Source of the DNA: Centroscyllium fabricii
Lineage: Eukaryota
Assembly (NCBI GenBank): GCA_051313645.2
Contig: JBNRSN020000005.1
Location: forward strand, 310,806,001 to 310,870,000
DNA length: 64,000 nt
Direction: 5' to 3'
The notes beneath the pieces are model-generated. The model saw only the letters and a program-made list of their open reading frames with translations, was not told the origin of the DNA and did not search any database. Positions 37,553 to 48,644 of the stretch are shown here, one piece after another. A program made the position numbers and the translations under genes. Within the stretch, counting starts at the first letter, position 1, and the number at the start of each line of letters is the position of its first letter.

Positions 37553-38413
37553 GGGCCCTGTCTTCCTGTGGCCCGATTGCTGCGGGTGCGTGCAGACGTG
37601 CACCCGCGGCGCACCCGCACGTGATTTTTATTTTTTTTCTCAGCTGGACTTCCTGTGGGAAATGCCGTTTTTTCTTCGTTCGGAGTGGACGTCTTTTTTT
37701 TGGTCCGGGGTGAAAGCCACGCCCACTGAGGTCGGCTTTACCCCGAACAAAACTCAGAATCGGCCAGCGGGATGAAGATTATCAGGTAGGGAAGCACCTT
37801 TTTTTTGGTTTTTTTAAGTTTGTAGGAAGCTGGTTTTTTTAAGTTTCTGCCTTTTTTGCTGTTAGGGTTTTTTTTGCTCCAAGTGAAAAAAACAGGTTTA
37901 AAGTTAATTTTTGTTGTATTCCTTTGGAGATATTTGTTTGTGGTCTTACAGCTTGTAAATGTGAAGGTTTTTATATATTTTGGTGATAGTGAAAAAAATC
38001 AGCCGCTCTCATCGCGTTCAAATTCCCGATTTTTTTTAACTATCACCAAAATATATATAAACTTTCACATTTACAAGCTGTAAGACCACAAACAAATATC
38101 TCCAAAGGAATATTTTTTTTTTTAACTTTAAACCTGTTTTTTTCACTTCTCAAAGCTGCCTGCAGCTTCTTACGCCTCCTTTTTATATGGGCAGCAAAAG
38201 AGAGGCTTCCCCACGTTGTACACCCGTATATTGAGCAGCTGACTACAGGAAGTCTGCAGCTCAAGGTCTTCCTGGGGAGGAAGCTGAAGACCCTTGCCCA
38301 TCAGCACAGGAAGTTCACATTTCTGGTAATCACCCGAGCTGCCCCCCCACGAGGCATTTCTGACCCCCCTTCGTGGGGGTGCAGCTCTTCTGGAGCACAG
38401 GAAGACAGGGCCC
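37553..38413. mobile_element. PIF/Harbinger-type MITE with long internal palindrome
   Basis: TIR GGGCCCTGTCTTCCTGTG / CACAGGAAGACAGGGCCC; TSD ATT. Confidence 0.9.
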
Positions 38414-38577
38414 ATTATGTCTCTATAACATACATATGTGTTTCTGAATATCTAAAGCTCCAGAACTTGGCAATTGTCTTTCAAATTTTTGATGCTGATG
38501 CTTTTTTTGTACAGGTAAGAAGGGGTCAGTGGTGTTGGGGTAAAAGAGAAGCCTTCCCTCCTCTCAAGCAGACCCCC

Positions 38578-39127
38578 TGATATAAGGGGTCGACACTTGC
38601 CCTATAGCAACCACAAATTCACCAGATGGACACCTTGGATAAGTTTCACGATCTTTATTCATGCATATGCAAGGGGAAAATCTTAGTCTCACCCCAGAAA
38701 AAGGATTCTTCCACCGAGTATCAAATACATACAGCAATTATACCCTAACTTGAGGCGTGCATCCCCCTTCCACGATCATTGATTGGTCTACAGAATAGGG
38801 GAAGGGCTGTGTCCATTCAATGCACCTTATCAGGGAGGTTTGCTGAATGGTTCACAGAAACCCATCTTTACAGCATTCGCGGGCTAAATTATCCGTTCCT
38901 GCTCTGGCCAGGAGGTGCTTACGTCATGCTTTGAGAATCTGTATGTCCTGCCTTATCTTTAAGGAAGGACAAATGACCAGCTTATTAGTTTTACAGTTCC
39001 TGTCTTATCAGGGTACTACATTCCAATGCAAGGAGAGGAGACACACTTATTTTCCACTAATTTTAATTCTAAGAAGTTATAGTAACTTCAACTTTTAATT
39101 CTAAGAAGTAATTTTAGTCCCCTGACA
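38578..39127 (-). mobile_element. Possible ERV-type solo LTR
   Basis: TG...CA ends; CCAAT, TATA and AATAAA in order on the minus strand; no matching TSD. Confidence 0.35.
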
Positions 39128-40750
39128 GTGGACTTCAGCAATGAACCCTGTATTCTGTGTGCACAGGAGGAAGCGGGGAACTGATCTCATGGCTAAATTT
39201 TCCAATGTGTCAGATCAGATTAGGCACAGGCTGGGTTCACTTCAAAGGTAAAGTATGTCAGCTTGATTAGGATGGTATTTAAAACATTTTTATTGTGTGG
39301 TACGTGGAAAAAATAGAGCTGTACATCTATCTCTGTGCAATGGAACAGAATCCACGATAAAGTGAGTAATCACTTTATCGCAAGAAGCAGATATTGCTGA
39401 AGCTTCAAAAGCATATTTATACTATGAAGGTTTTATTAACAAATGGTAGCAGCTTGATATTTAATGTATGATTAACACAGCAAGATTAACTCAAACTATT
39501 AACATATAAGCCAAAGATGCTATCAGTTCATGTCACTGAATTAGTCCCATATTAATAGAGCTATCTCTTAGAAAGGGATTAACGATAAGGAGATAAAAAT
39601 AGAAGTTGCGGGCAAGCAAAGGATAACAAAAAAAGGCAAAGTATTTATATATAAAACAGATTAGAAATATAGGCAAGTTTTCGATCAGGTAACAAGACAG
39701 CGGAACTCAGTGAATGCCAGGGTTCTGAGATCATAAATGTCTTTTGAGAAATCTAAATAGGATTCTACTGCTGAAAGAACCAGAATGTATATGCAATGTA
39801 CCTACCATGCTTTGTACCTGCGCATCAGTAATTTAATTTGCTTGGATTAGGCAAATAAAACCACTATCAGCTCAGAACAGGTGGCTGGACCATAATAATT
39901 CCACACTGAATGAATTCAATCACAAGCCTCTTACTGGTCTTCGATTGCCTTAACATCAACTGAGAGTCTTCATGAAAAGTGCTATGGGTGACTTAGAGCT
40001 GTAACTGTAACACCTATGTTTCTTGAGTATGAATAAAAATATATCAGTAAACCAGTACATATGTTACAAATAACTAGAACGTAGCAAACACATGAGAATT
40101 CTTTACAAATATCTATGTCCCATTTTTATAAGAGTTTTAGTGACCCTCCTCTAAAGAGGCTTACAAATAATCTGGTCAGTGGTGAGTAGATATGGGTGTC
40201 ACAGAAACTTGTAAGCTGCCTTCTGTTTGAATAGAGAATCCTCGAAGGATCAACTTGCATAAAAGTATTACTTACAGTGTGGCGTTGAAACTATCTAAAC
40301 TGTCTTCAATTATTTTTCATGTACCCGGAAACCAATCTAAGGCAGTAACTGGTTCATACCTTCCAGTTGCATTGCCATTTGACAAAGCTACCCAATCCGA
40401 TTCTCTCTCTTACGTAGGGGCTCCCTGCTATCCATGTTAATTATTGTAATTGATTATTGCTATCCAGGTTAACACACACAATTGTTGATTGGTGTCCAGG
40501 CTTACGCATGTATTTAGACTACAACCCCCACCGTGCACAACAAACTTCACTGAAGCATATGATAATTAGAAGACATGAAAATTCCTCGTCAAGCCCAGAT
40601 TTTAAGCTCGCCCGTCCAGGTTCTGATACTTGATTTACACCTTAAGTGGCTTCAAAGGAGCCTAAAATCGGGCAGGGTTTAAATTAGACGCCTGATACAA
40701 ACTCGGGCGGGTTAGCTTAAACCTCAGACTCAGGTTACTAACTAACAACT

Positions 40751-41252
40751 CATAAGAACATGAGAAATAGGAGCAGGAGTAGGCCAATTGGCCCCTCGAG
40801 CCTGCTCCGCCATTCAATATGATCATGGCTGATCCAATCCTAACCTCAAATCTACTTTCACTCTCCATCCCACCCGAACCCATGTGATCACCCTGGAGAG
40901 GCGAAAAAACCAGATAAAAAACCCAATGGCCAATTTGGGAGAAAAAAAATCTGTGAAATTCCTCTCCGACCCATCTGGGTGATCGCAACTCGTCCAGGAG
41001 ATCACTCTGGCCCTGAATTTCCTGCAGAACCTACCTTCTGTAAGAGGTGACCAGACCACACGGCCCTCGGGCCCGCTCCGCCACCCACAGGACCATGGCC
41101 GATCCGAACCTAGACTCACATCCACTTACCTGCCCGCTCGCCGTAACCCCTAATTCCCTTTACTTCTAGGAAACTGTCTATCTCTGTTTTAAATTTATTC
41201 AATGTCGTAGCTTCCACAGCTGTCTGGGGCAGCAAATTCCACAGACCAACCA
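40751..41252 (-). mobile_element. CR1 3' end with extended structured 3' UTR
   Basis: CR1 ORF2 end and tail flank an extra segment of about 250 bp not found in the common CR1 copies here. Confidence 0.85.
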
Positions 41253-41510
41253 CATGCTAAGATGTAGAAAGGGACATCTCTGATCACAATTGAAGATTTT
41301 TTTTTCTCCTCTAATTTAGAGCACCAACTTTTACTGTTGATGCAAGAAAAAGCACCAAGGAGGCAACCCCGAACAGGCCTTGGCTACAGTGCAGGCTGGG
41401 CAATTTTACATGACCGGTTGGGTGATGACCTATTTGTGCGTATTATTGCAAATTTCTTTGTGAAAATTCTTGCAGTTCACTTCTGGAGAAAGGCAAGTCC
41501 TTGAGGCAAC

Positions 41511-41898
41511 AGCATGGTGGCACAGTGGTTAGCACTGTTGTCTCACAGCACTGGCGACCCGGGTTCAAATCCAGCCTCGGGTACTATCTGTGTGGAGTTT
41601 GCACATTCTCCCCGTGTCTGCGTGGGTTTCCTCCGGGTGCTCTTATTCCTCCCACAGTCCAAAGATGTGCAGGTTAGGTTGATTGGCCATGATAAATTGA
41701 CCCTTAGTGTTAGGGCGATTGAATATGTGGGGTTACGGGGATAGGGTGGGATGTGTGTCGGTGCAGGCTCGATGGGGATCGAGGGAGGGGGCAGGGGCGG
41801 GGTGCTGGGTTTGGATGATCAGCCATGATCTCGTTGAATGGCGGAGCAGGCTCGAAGGGTCGAATGGCCTACTCCTCCTAGTTTCTATGTTTCTATGT
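41511..41898 (+). mobile_element. V-SINE with CR1 tail
   Basis: As the other copies. Confidence 0.9.
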
Positions 41899-42671
41899 TC
41901 TATAAAAACAGAAAATGCTGGAAATGCTCCGCGGGTCAAGCACTATCTGTGGAGAGAGAAACAGAGTTAACATTTCAGGTCGATAGCTCTGTTTCTCACT
42001 CCACAGATGCTGCCTGACCTGCTGAGTGTTTCCAGCATTTTTTGTTTTTATTTCCAATTTCCAGCATCCGCAGTATTTTGCTTTTGTTTTAGGGATTCTT
42101 TACATTTGGGAAGCCAGCTGGCAGCCAAAAAGACGACTCCTTCTGCAGATAATCTCACTTCTCTGTTCGATGGGGCAGATGCTCCGAAAGCTTGTGATTT
42201 AAAATAAAACCGTTGGACTATAATCTGGTGTTGTGTGACTTCTTGCAACTGCCTTTAAATAATGGCAAACTTGCCAGTGGGCGGAAGAATCGGATGCTCT
42301 GTGAATAAGTGGATCCTGCAGATCTAAAGCTGAGATTATCATGGACAGTGTAATAAACCACTGTTTCCCACTGTTTCTTATTGTATATACTCACCCCGTT
42401 TGTATCTATGTAATCGTACCTAATGCCATGTTGTACATAACCTGTTATACGATTACCTGGACATGCCCAGGCTGGCTCCGCCCGCGACTCCTCCCTCCCA
42501 GGAGGAGGTATATAAGTGGCCGTCTCCCATCCCCCGGCCATACCTGGGGACAGTCGACTAGCTGGTGCATGTCCCACCATTTAGTTAATAAAAGCCGCAT
42601 TGTTTCTCTTTCTAACTACTCGTCCACGAGGTCGTTATTTCGGTCACAATTTTATTAACTAAATTTTGAAG

Positions 42672-45600
42672 ATGGAAGCGATGCTCAAGCCAGCGACGTT
42701 TGAACTGGACCCCCGGACACCAGGTGCATCAAACACTTTTACACACTGGTACAGTGTTTTTGATGCGTACCTGAGAGCGAACGCAGCGGTCGTCAGGACC
42801 GAAGAGGACAAACGACGGCTCCTCAACGCCCGGGTGGGCCCTCAGGTGTACTCCATGATCGCGGACGCATCATCGTTTCTGGATGCCATCAGGATCCTCA
42901 AGGCGGAGTACAACCGGGCACCCAATATCGTCCACGCCAGACATCTAGCCAGCAGGAAGCAGCAACCCGGTGAGTCCAGCGTGGAATTTTTAAGAGCGCT
43001 GAGAGTGCTTTCACGGGCCTGTGACTGCAGAGCGCCAACGGCCCTGATCCATGCGGACAGTCTCATTAGAGATGCATATGTCACAGGCCTCAGGTCGGAC
43101 TATATAAGACAGAGGCTGTTAGAGCAGAACGGCCTTGACCTGCAGGCAACTACGGATCTGGGACACGCGCTGGACGTGGCCTCGCTAAACCTCTCGTCGT
43201 ATTCCGGCAACTATGCGGGCCCAGCCCCGCCATCTTGGACAACGCCGGCGCAACGGCCGGCGGAAGAAATGATCGCAGCCGCTCACGCAAAGACGGCTAA
43301 ATGTTACTTCTGCGGGCAGTCTCAGCATCCGAGACGTAGCTGCCTGGCAAGAGAAGCGGCCTGCTCAAAATGTTGTAAAAAAGGACATTATGCGAAAGTC
43401 TGTAAGGCGACCACATCAGCCCCTAAACCGAAACCGGGCAGCGCCACGTGTGGAACATGGGAGCAGCCATATTGGACTCAACCATCCCCCACTCAGCACC
43501 CCGCGTGGCAGCAGTCGCCATATTGGACCCAGCCACCCCCTCCGCAGTACACCGCATGGCGGCAGCCATCTTGGGGACCGGCCCCGGAGGACTACTCTGC
43601 GGATCAAGAGGAATCGGCTGACCCAATTTTAGCATCAGTAACTCTTGATCAGAACAAGACCCAATCGCTTGGGAAATCGATGATGCCGGTGGGAGTGAAC
43701 GGAGAAGACGTGGGGTGCCTTTTCGACAGTGGGAGCACGGTGAGTTTTATTCATCCTGAGACAGTAGGGCGCCTCTCCCTTAAGGTTATGCCTGTGATCC
43801 AAAGAATTTCGATGGCTTCTAAATCGGAATCTGCGGACGTCTCTGGGCGTTGCGCAGTGGCCCTAACTGTACAGGGCGTGCACTTTGATAATTTTAGCTT
43901 TTTCGTGCTGCCGCAGCTCTGCGCCCCATTACTATTGGGTCTGGACTTTCAGTGCCACCTCCAGAGTGTTACCATGGCGTACGGCGGGCCCCTTCCCTCG
44001 CTCACGGTCAGCAACCGGCGCTCAGCGCAGCACCCCCGGCGCGCTACCTGTGGCCTCTCGACCCTTAAGGTCGCCCCTCCCTCGCTCTTTGCCAACCTCA
44101 CCCCAGACTGCAAGCCCGTCGCCACCAAGAGTAGGCGCTACAGTGCTGGGGACATGGACTTTATTAAGTCCGAGGTGCAGCGCCTCCTGAAGGAGGGGGT
44201 CATCAAGGCCAGTAATAGCCCCTGGAGGGCGCAGGTAGTGGTGGTAAAAACCGGAGCGAAGAACCGGATGGTAGTTGACTACAGTCAGACCATAAACCGG
44301 TTCACACAGTTAGACGCTTACCCCCTTCCCCGGATAGCGGACATGGTGAACCAGATCGCACAGTTCAGGGTGTTTTCAACTATAGATCTGAAGTCCGCTT
44401 ATCACCAGCTTCCCATCCGCCCGGAGGACCGTCTCTATACAGTCTTCGAGGCTGACGGTCGCCTCTATCACTTCCTTAGGGTCCCGTTTGGCGTCACGAA
44501 TGGGGTCTCGGTCTTCCAAAGGGAGATGGACCGAATGGTCGATCAGTACGGGCTGCGAGCCACTTTCCCGTACCTCGATAACGTGACCATCTGCGGCCAC
44601 GACCAGCAGGACCATGACGCCAACCTCCAGAAATTTCTCCACACCGCCAAAACACTGAATCTGACCTATAACACCGAAAAATGTGTTTTCAGTACCACCC
44701 GCCTTGCCGTCCTCGGCAGTGTTGTGGAGAATGGGGTCATCGGTCCCGACCCGGACCGCATGCGCCCCCTCATGGAGCTTCCCCTCCCCCACTCCCCCAA
44801 GGCCCTTAAACGGTGCTTGGGTTTCTTTGCATATTACGCCCAGTGGGTCCCCAATTACGCGGACAAAGCTCGCCCACTCCTTAAATCTTCCTCTTTTCCC
44901 CTGTCTGCAGAAGCCAGCTCGGCGTTCTGCGGCATTAAGAATGACATCGCAAAAGCCACGATGCACGCTGTGGACGAGTCCGTCCCATTTCAAGTAGAGA
45001 GCGATGCATCGGACTTTGCCCTGGCCGCCACCCTTAACCAGGCGGGCAGACCCGTGGCCGCCTTCTCACGTACCCTCCAGGGCCCCGAGACCCGTCACTC
45101 CTCAGTCGAGAAGGAGGCCCAGGCCATCGTTGAAGCAGTGCGTCACTGGAAGCACTACCTGGCCGGCAAGCGTTTTACCCTGTTGACTGACCAACGATCA
45201 GTCGCTTTTATGTTCAACAACAAAGAGCGGGGTAAGATCAAGAACGACAAGATATTAAGGTGGAGAATCGAACTCTCCGCGTTTAATTACGATATCTTGT
45301 ACCGGCCCGGGAACTTTAACGAACCCCCAGACGCCCTATCTCGCGGTACCTGTGCCAGCGCACAGACAGACCGCCTCCAAACCTTACACAATGACCTCTG
45401 CCACCCGGGGGTCACCAGGTTGGTTCACTTCGTGAAGTCCCGCAACCTCCCCTACTCCATCGAGGAGGTCAAGACCCTGACCAGCAACTGCCAGGTCTGC
45501 GCGGAGTGCAAACCGCGCTTCTACCGGCCAGACCGGGCGCACTTGATTAAGGCCACTCGCCCCTTTGAACGACTCAGCGTCGATTTCAAAGGGCCCCTTC

Positions 45601-46679
45601 CCTCCTCCAACAGGAATGTGTACTTCCTCAATGTGATCGATGAGTACTCCCGCTTCCCCTTTGCCATCCCCTGCCCGGACATGACCTCAGCCACCGTTAT
45701 CAAAGCCCTCCACAGCATCTTCTCTCTGTTCGGCTATCCCAACTATATTCATAGTGACCGGGGAGCGTCCTTTATGAGTGACGAGCTGCGTCAGTTTCTG
45801 CTAGCCAAAGGCATCGCGACTAGCAGAACTACCAGCTACAACCCCCGGGGAAACGGGCAGGTAGAGAGGGAGAACGCCACTGTCTGGAAGGCCACCCTGT
45901 TAGCCCTACGGTCTAAAAGCCTCCCAGTCTCCCGCTGGCAGGACGTTCTCCCCGAAGCACTCCACTCGATCCGGTCCCTCCTGTGTACTGCCACTAATGC
46001 CACCCCTCACGAACGACTTTTTGCCTTCCCCAGGAAGTCAGCTTCCAGGACCTCGCTACCATCGTGGCTGCTATCCCCGGGACCGGTCCTACTACGGAAG
46101 CACGTGAGGGGCCACAAGGCAGATCCCCTGGTCGAACGGGTCCACCTCCTGCACGCCAATCCCCAGTATGCCTATGTGGCGTACCCCGACGGGAGGGAGG
46201 ACACAGTGTCCATCAAGGACCTGGCGCCAGCGGGAGTCCACAAACCCAGCCCCGCCCAGCAGGCCGCGCACCCAAGACGCCCCGCCCAGCAGCCCGCGCT
46301 CCCCAGATGGCCTGCCACCCCACCCGGGCCATCGCGGCCAGCCACACCACCCCAGCCACCGGCGCCAAGGTACGCTCCCCGGCACGAGGACCCAGTACCC
46401 CAGTACGTCCACCTGGCACCTGTGAGCAGCACAGCATGGCCTCCAGCATGGCTCCACAGTGCACGCCCCCTCGAGTCAGATGACGAGGGAGAGAGCGCGC
46501 CTCCTACTGTCAGTATAAGGGCACCACCACCCAGAAACCAACCGACGATCACCGCTCGCCAACCTGCATCAGCACCATCGCTACAACCGACTCGGCCGGT
46601 CACTCCGCGACCGCGGACAACACCAGCGGTGCGACGCTCGACAAGGATCACCAGGCCACCGGAGCGACTTAATTTATGA
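42672..46679 (+). CDS. Intact single-ORF Gag-Pol polyprotein (about 1335 aa)
   Basis: Two CCHC knuckles, LFDSGS protease, RT (IDLKSAYHQL, VPFG, YLDN), VESDASD RNase H, HHCC and D-D-E integrase. First ATG at 42672; the ORF track starts at TTG 42666. Confidence 0.95.
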   Translation: MEAMLKPATFELDPRTPGASNTFTHWYSVFDAYLRANAAVVRTEEDKRRLLNARVGPQVYSMIADASSFLDAIRILKAEYNRAPNIVHARHLASRKQQPGESSVEFLRALRVLSRACDCRAPTALIHADSLIRDAYVTGLRSDYIRQRLLEQNGLDLQATTDLGHALDVASLNLSSYSGNYAGPAPPSWTTPAQRPAEEMIAAAHAKTAKCYFCGQSQHPRRSCLAREAACSKCCKKGHYAKVCKATTSAPKPKPGSATCGTWEQPYWTQPSPTQHPAWQQSPYWTQPPPPQYTAWRQPSWGPAPEDYSADQEESADPILASVTLDQNKTQSLGKSMMPVGVNGEDVGCLFDSGSTVSFIHPETVGRLSLKVMPVIQRISMASKSESADVSGRCAVALTVQGVHFDNFSFFVLPQLCAPLLLGLDFQCHLQSVTMAYGGPLPSLTVSNRRSAQHPRRATCGLSTLKVAPPSLFANLTPDCKPVATKSRRYSAGDMDFIKSEVQRLLKEGVIKASNSPWRAQVVVVKTGAKNRMVVDYSQTINRFTQLDAYPLPRIADMVNQIAQFRVFSTIDLKSAYHQLPIRPEDRLYTVFEADGRLYHFLRVPFGVTNGVSVFQREMDRMVDQYGLRATFPYLDNVTICGHDQQDHDANLQKFLHTAKTLNLTYNTEKCVFSTTRLAVLGSVVENGVIGPDPDRMRPLMELPLPHSPKALKRCLGFFAYYAQWVPNYADKARPLLKSSSFPLSAEASSAFCGIKNDIAKATMHAVDESVPFQVESDASDFALAATLNQAGRPVAAFSRTLQGPETRHSSVEKEAQAIVEAVRHWKHYLAGKRFTLLTDQRSVAFMFNNKERGKIKNDKILRWRIELSAFNYDILYRPGNFNEPPDALSRGTCASAQTDRLQTLHNDLCHPGVTRLVHFVKSRNLPYSIEEVKTLTSNCQVCAECKPRFYRPDRAHLIKATRPFERLSVDFKGPLPSSNRNVYFLNVIDEYSRFPFAIPCPDMTSATVIKALHSIFSLFGYPNYIHSDRGASFMSDELRQFLLAKGIATSRTTSYNPRGNGQVERENATVWKATLLALRSKSLPVSRWQDVLPEALHSIRSLLCTATNATPHERLFAFPRKSASRTSLPSWLLSPGPVLLRKHVRGHKADPLVERVHLLHANPQYAYVAYPDGREDTVSIKDLAPAGVHKPSPAQQAAHPRRPAQQPALPRWPATPPGPSRPATPPQPPAPRYAPRHEDPVPQYVHLAPVSSTAWPPAWLHSARPLESDDEGESAPPTVSIRAPPPRNQPTITARQPASAPSLQPTRPVTPRPRTTPAVRRSTRITRPPERLNL

Positions 46680-46999
46680 ATAAATAAATAAATAAAAGAA
46701 CTGTTGCATTCACCCCGCCGGACTTTTGTTTTAAAGAAGGGGTGAATGTGATAAACCACTGTTTCCCACTGTTTCTTATTGTATATACTCACCCCGTTTG
46801 TATCTATGTAATCGTACCTAATGCCATGTTGTACATAACCTGTTATACGATTACCTGGACATGCCCAGGCTGGCTCCGCCCGCGACTCCTCCCTCCCAGG
46901 AGGAGGTATATAACTGGCCGTCTCCCATCCCCCGGCCATACCTGGGGACAGTCGACTAGCTGGTGCATGTCCCACCATTTAGTTAATAAAAGCCGCATT

Positions 47000-47897
47000 G
47001 GGCCATGTCTTCCTGTGGCCCGATTGCTGCGGGTGCGCGCTGACGTGCACCCGCGGCGCACGCGCACGTAAAAAAAAAAAATTCTGTCACGTGAACTTCC
47101 TGTGCAAAAAGCCGTTTTTTTTCATTCGGAGGGGACATTTTTTTGGTGCGGGGTGCAAGCCACGCCCACTGAGGTCGGCTTTACCCCCGCACAAAGCACA
47201 GAATCGGCCTGAGGATGAAGAAGATCGGGTAGGGAAGCACCTTTTTTTTGTTTTTTTTCAGTTTCTAGGAAGCTGGGTTTTTTAAGTTTCTGCCTTTTTC
47301 TGCTGTTAGGGTTTTTTTTTGCTCCAGAGAAAAAACCACATTTAAAGTTTAAAAAAAATTGATTCCTTTGGAGATATTTGTCTGTGGTCTTTCAGCTTGT
47401 GAATGTGTAGGGTTTTATATTTTTTGGTGAAAGTGAAAAATAACGGTGATTTGAACGCGATGTCAGCAGCTGTGATTCCCATCAGAGCTGCTGACATCGC
47501 GTTCAAATCCCTGTTTTTTTTCACTTTCACCAAAAAATATAAAACCCTACCCATTTACAAGCTGAAAGACCACAGACAAATATCTCCAAAGGAATCAAAT
47601 TTTTTAAACTTTAAACGTGTTTTTTTCACTTCTCAAAGCTGCCTGCAGCCTCTTAAGACTGCTTTTTATATGTGCAGCAAAAGAGAGACTTCCCCACGTG
47701 ATACACCCGCATTTTGAGCAGCTGCCTACAGGAAGTCTGCAGCTCAAAGTCTTCCTGGGTAGGAAGCTGAAGCCCCTTGCCCATCAGCACAGGAAGTTCA
47801 CGTTTCTGGTAATCACCCGAGCTGCACCCCCACGAGGCATTTCTGACCCCCCTTCGTGGGGGGTGCAGCTCTTCTGGAGCACAGGAAGACAGGGCCC
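47000..47897. mobile_element. PIF/Harbinger-type MITE inserted in the 3' LTR
   Basis: Same family as 37553-38413; empty site visible in the 5' LTR (GCCGC-ATT-GTTTC); flanks ATT/AAT. Confidence 0.95.
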
Positions 47898-48644
47898 AAT
47901 GTTTCTCTTTCTAACTACTCGTCCATGAGGTCGTTATTTCGGTCACAGACAGATTGCTCCTGTAATTTTCATGGAAGCTTTCTGTAGTTCAGGGAAATAA
48001 TGTTTCTTGAGGTTAATTGAAGAATGCTCCTCTCACGAAGGCTTTAATTTCTATCCCAAGTCATAGAAAAGGTTCCCTATCATTTATTCTCCTTAAGAGG
48101 GTTGGTAGTTTCTGAACCACTCCAAAGTCTGAGTTTTTAAGAAAGTTTCATCCATAAGTATGGTAATGTGAAGAAATAGTCAATTTGGTGGTATATCTGG
48201 GGAACTAATAGCAGCTGTTGAAGAAGTCCTCATTTACACCACAACTGCCGTGACTACTTCTCACTGTGACTACTGTTATAATGGAAATGCAGACAAAGAT
48301 ATTTATGCCTTGTGTGTGTATCTAAGAACATTTGTATCATATATATATCTGAATCAAAGCATTAGGATTAAACTATTTGCAGAAAGTATTCCTATTTGGC
48401 TTCATCGCAACAGAATAGCTGTCTTTGGTGGCAGCCTTTCTTCAATAACACTTGCGACTTACTTGCCGCACCCATTTTTTAGAAAAATAATCTTTTGTGG
48501 ATAATTTATAAATGCTCACGTTTCATGTACCAAATTGTGGGACTCGCAAGTGTGCTGTAACTGCAACACCTCTTTGTTTACCCTTAATTAGACACTTAGG
48601 CTTGTCCAGAATCACTCTAAAACTTCTGCCAAGACTATATTCCG

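Larger units (their letters stand above)
42349..47947 (+). mobile_element. Young full-length Gypsy LTR retrotransposon lacking a tRNA PBS
   Basis: 300-bp LTRs (42349-42648; 46747-47947 split by a MITE); 5-bp TSD GACAG; PPT AAAGAAGGGGTGAA at 46733-46746. Confidence 0.97.

Noticed and set aside
43456-43580. Trp/Gln/Pro-rich repeat between Gag and protease
   Set aside because: Short internal tandem duplication in a variable linker; no evidence of special function.
46172-46978. 268-aa antisense ORF across the integrase tail and LTR; also 29064-29663 and 44376-44993
   Set aside because: Shadow frames of GC-rich coding sequence; no independent motif.
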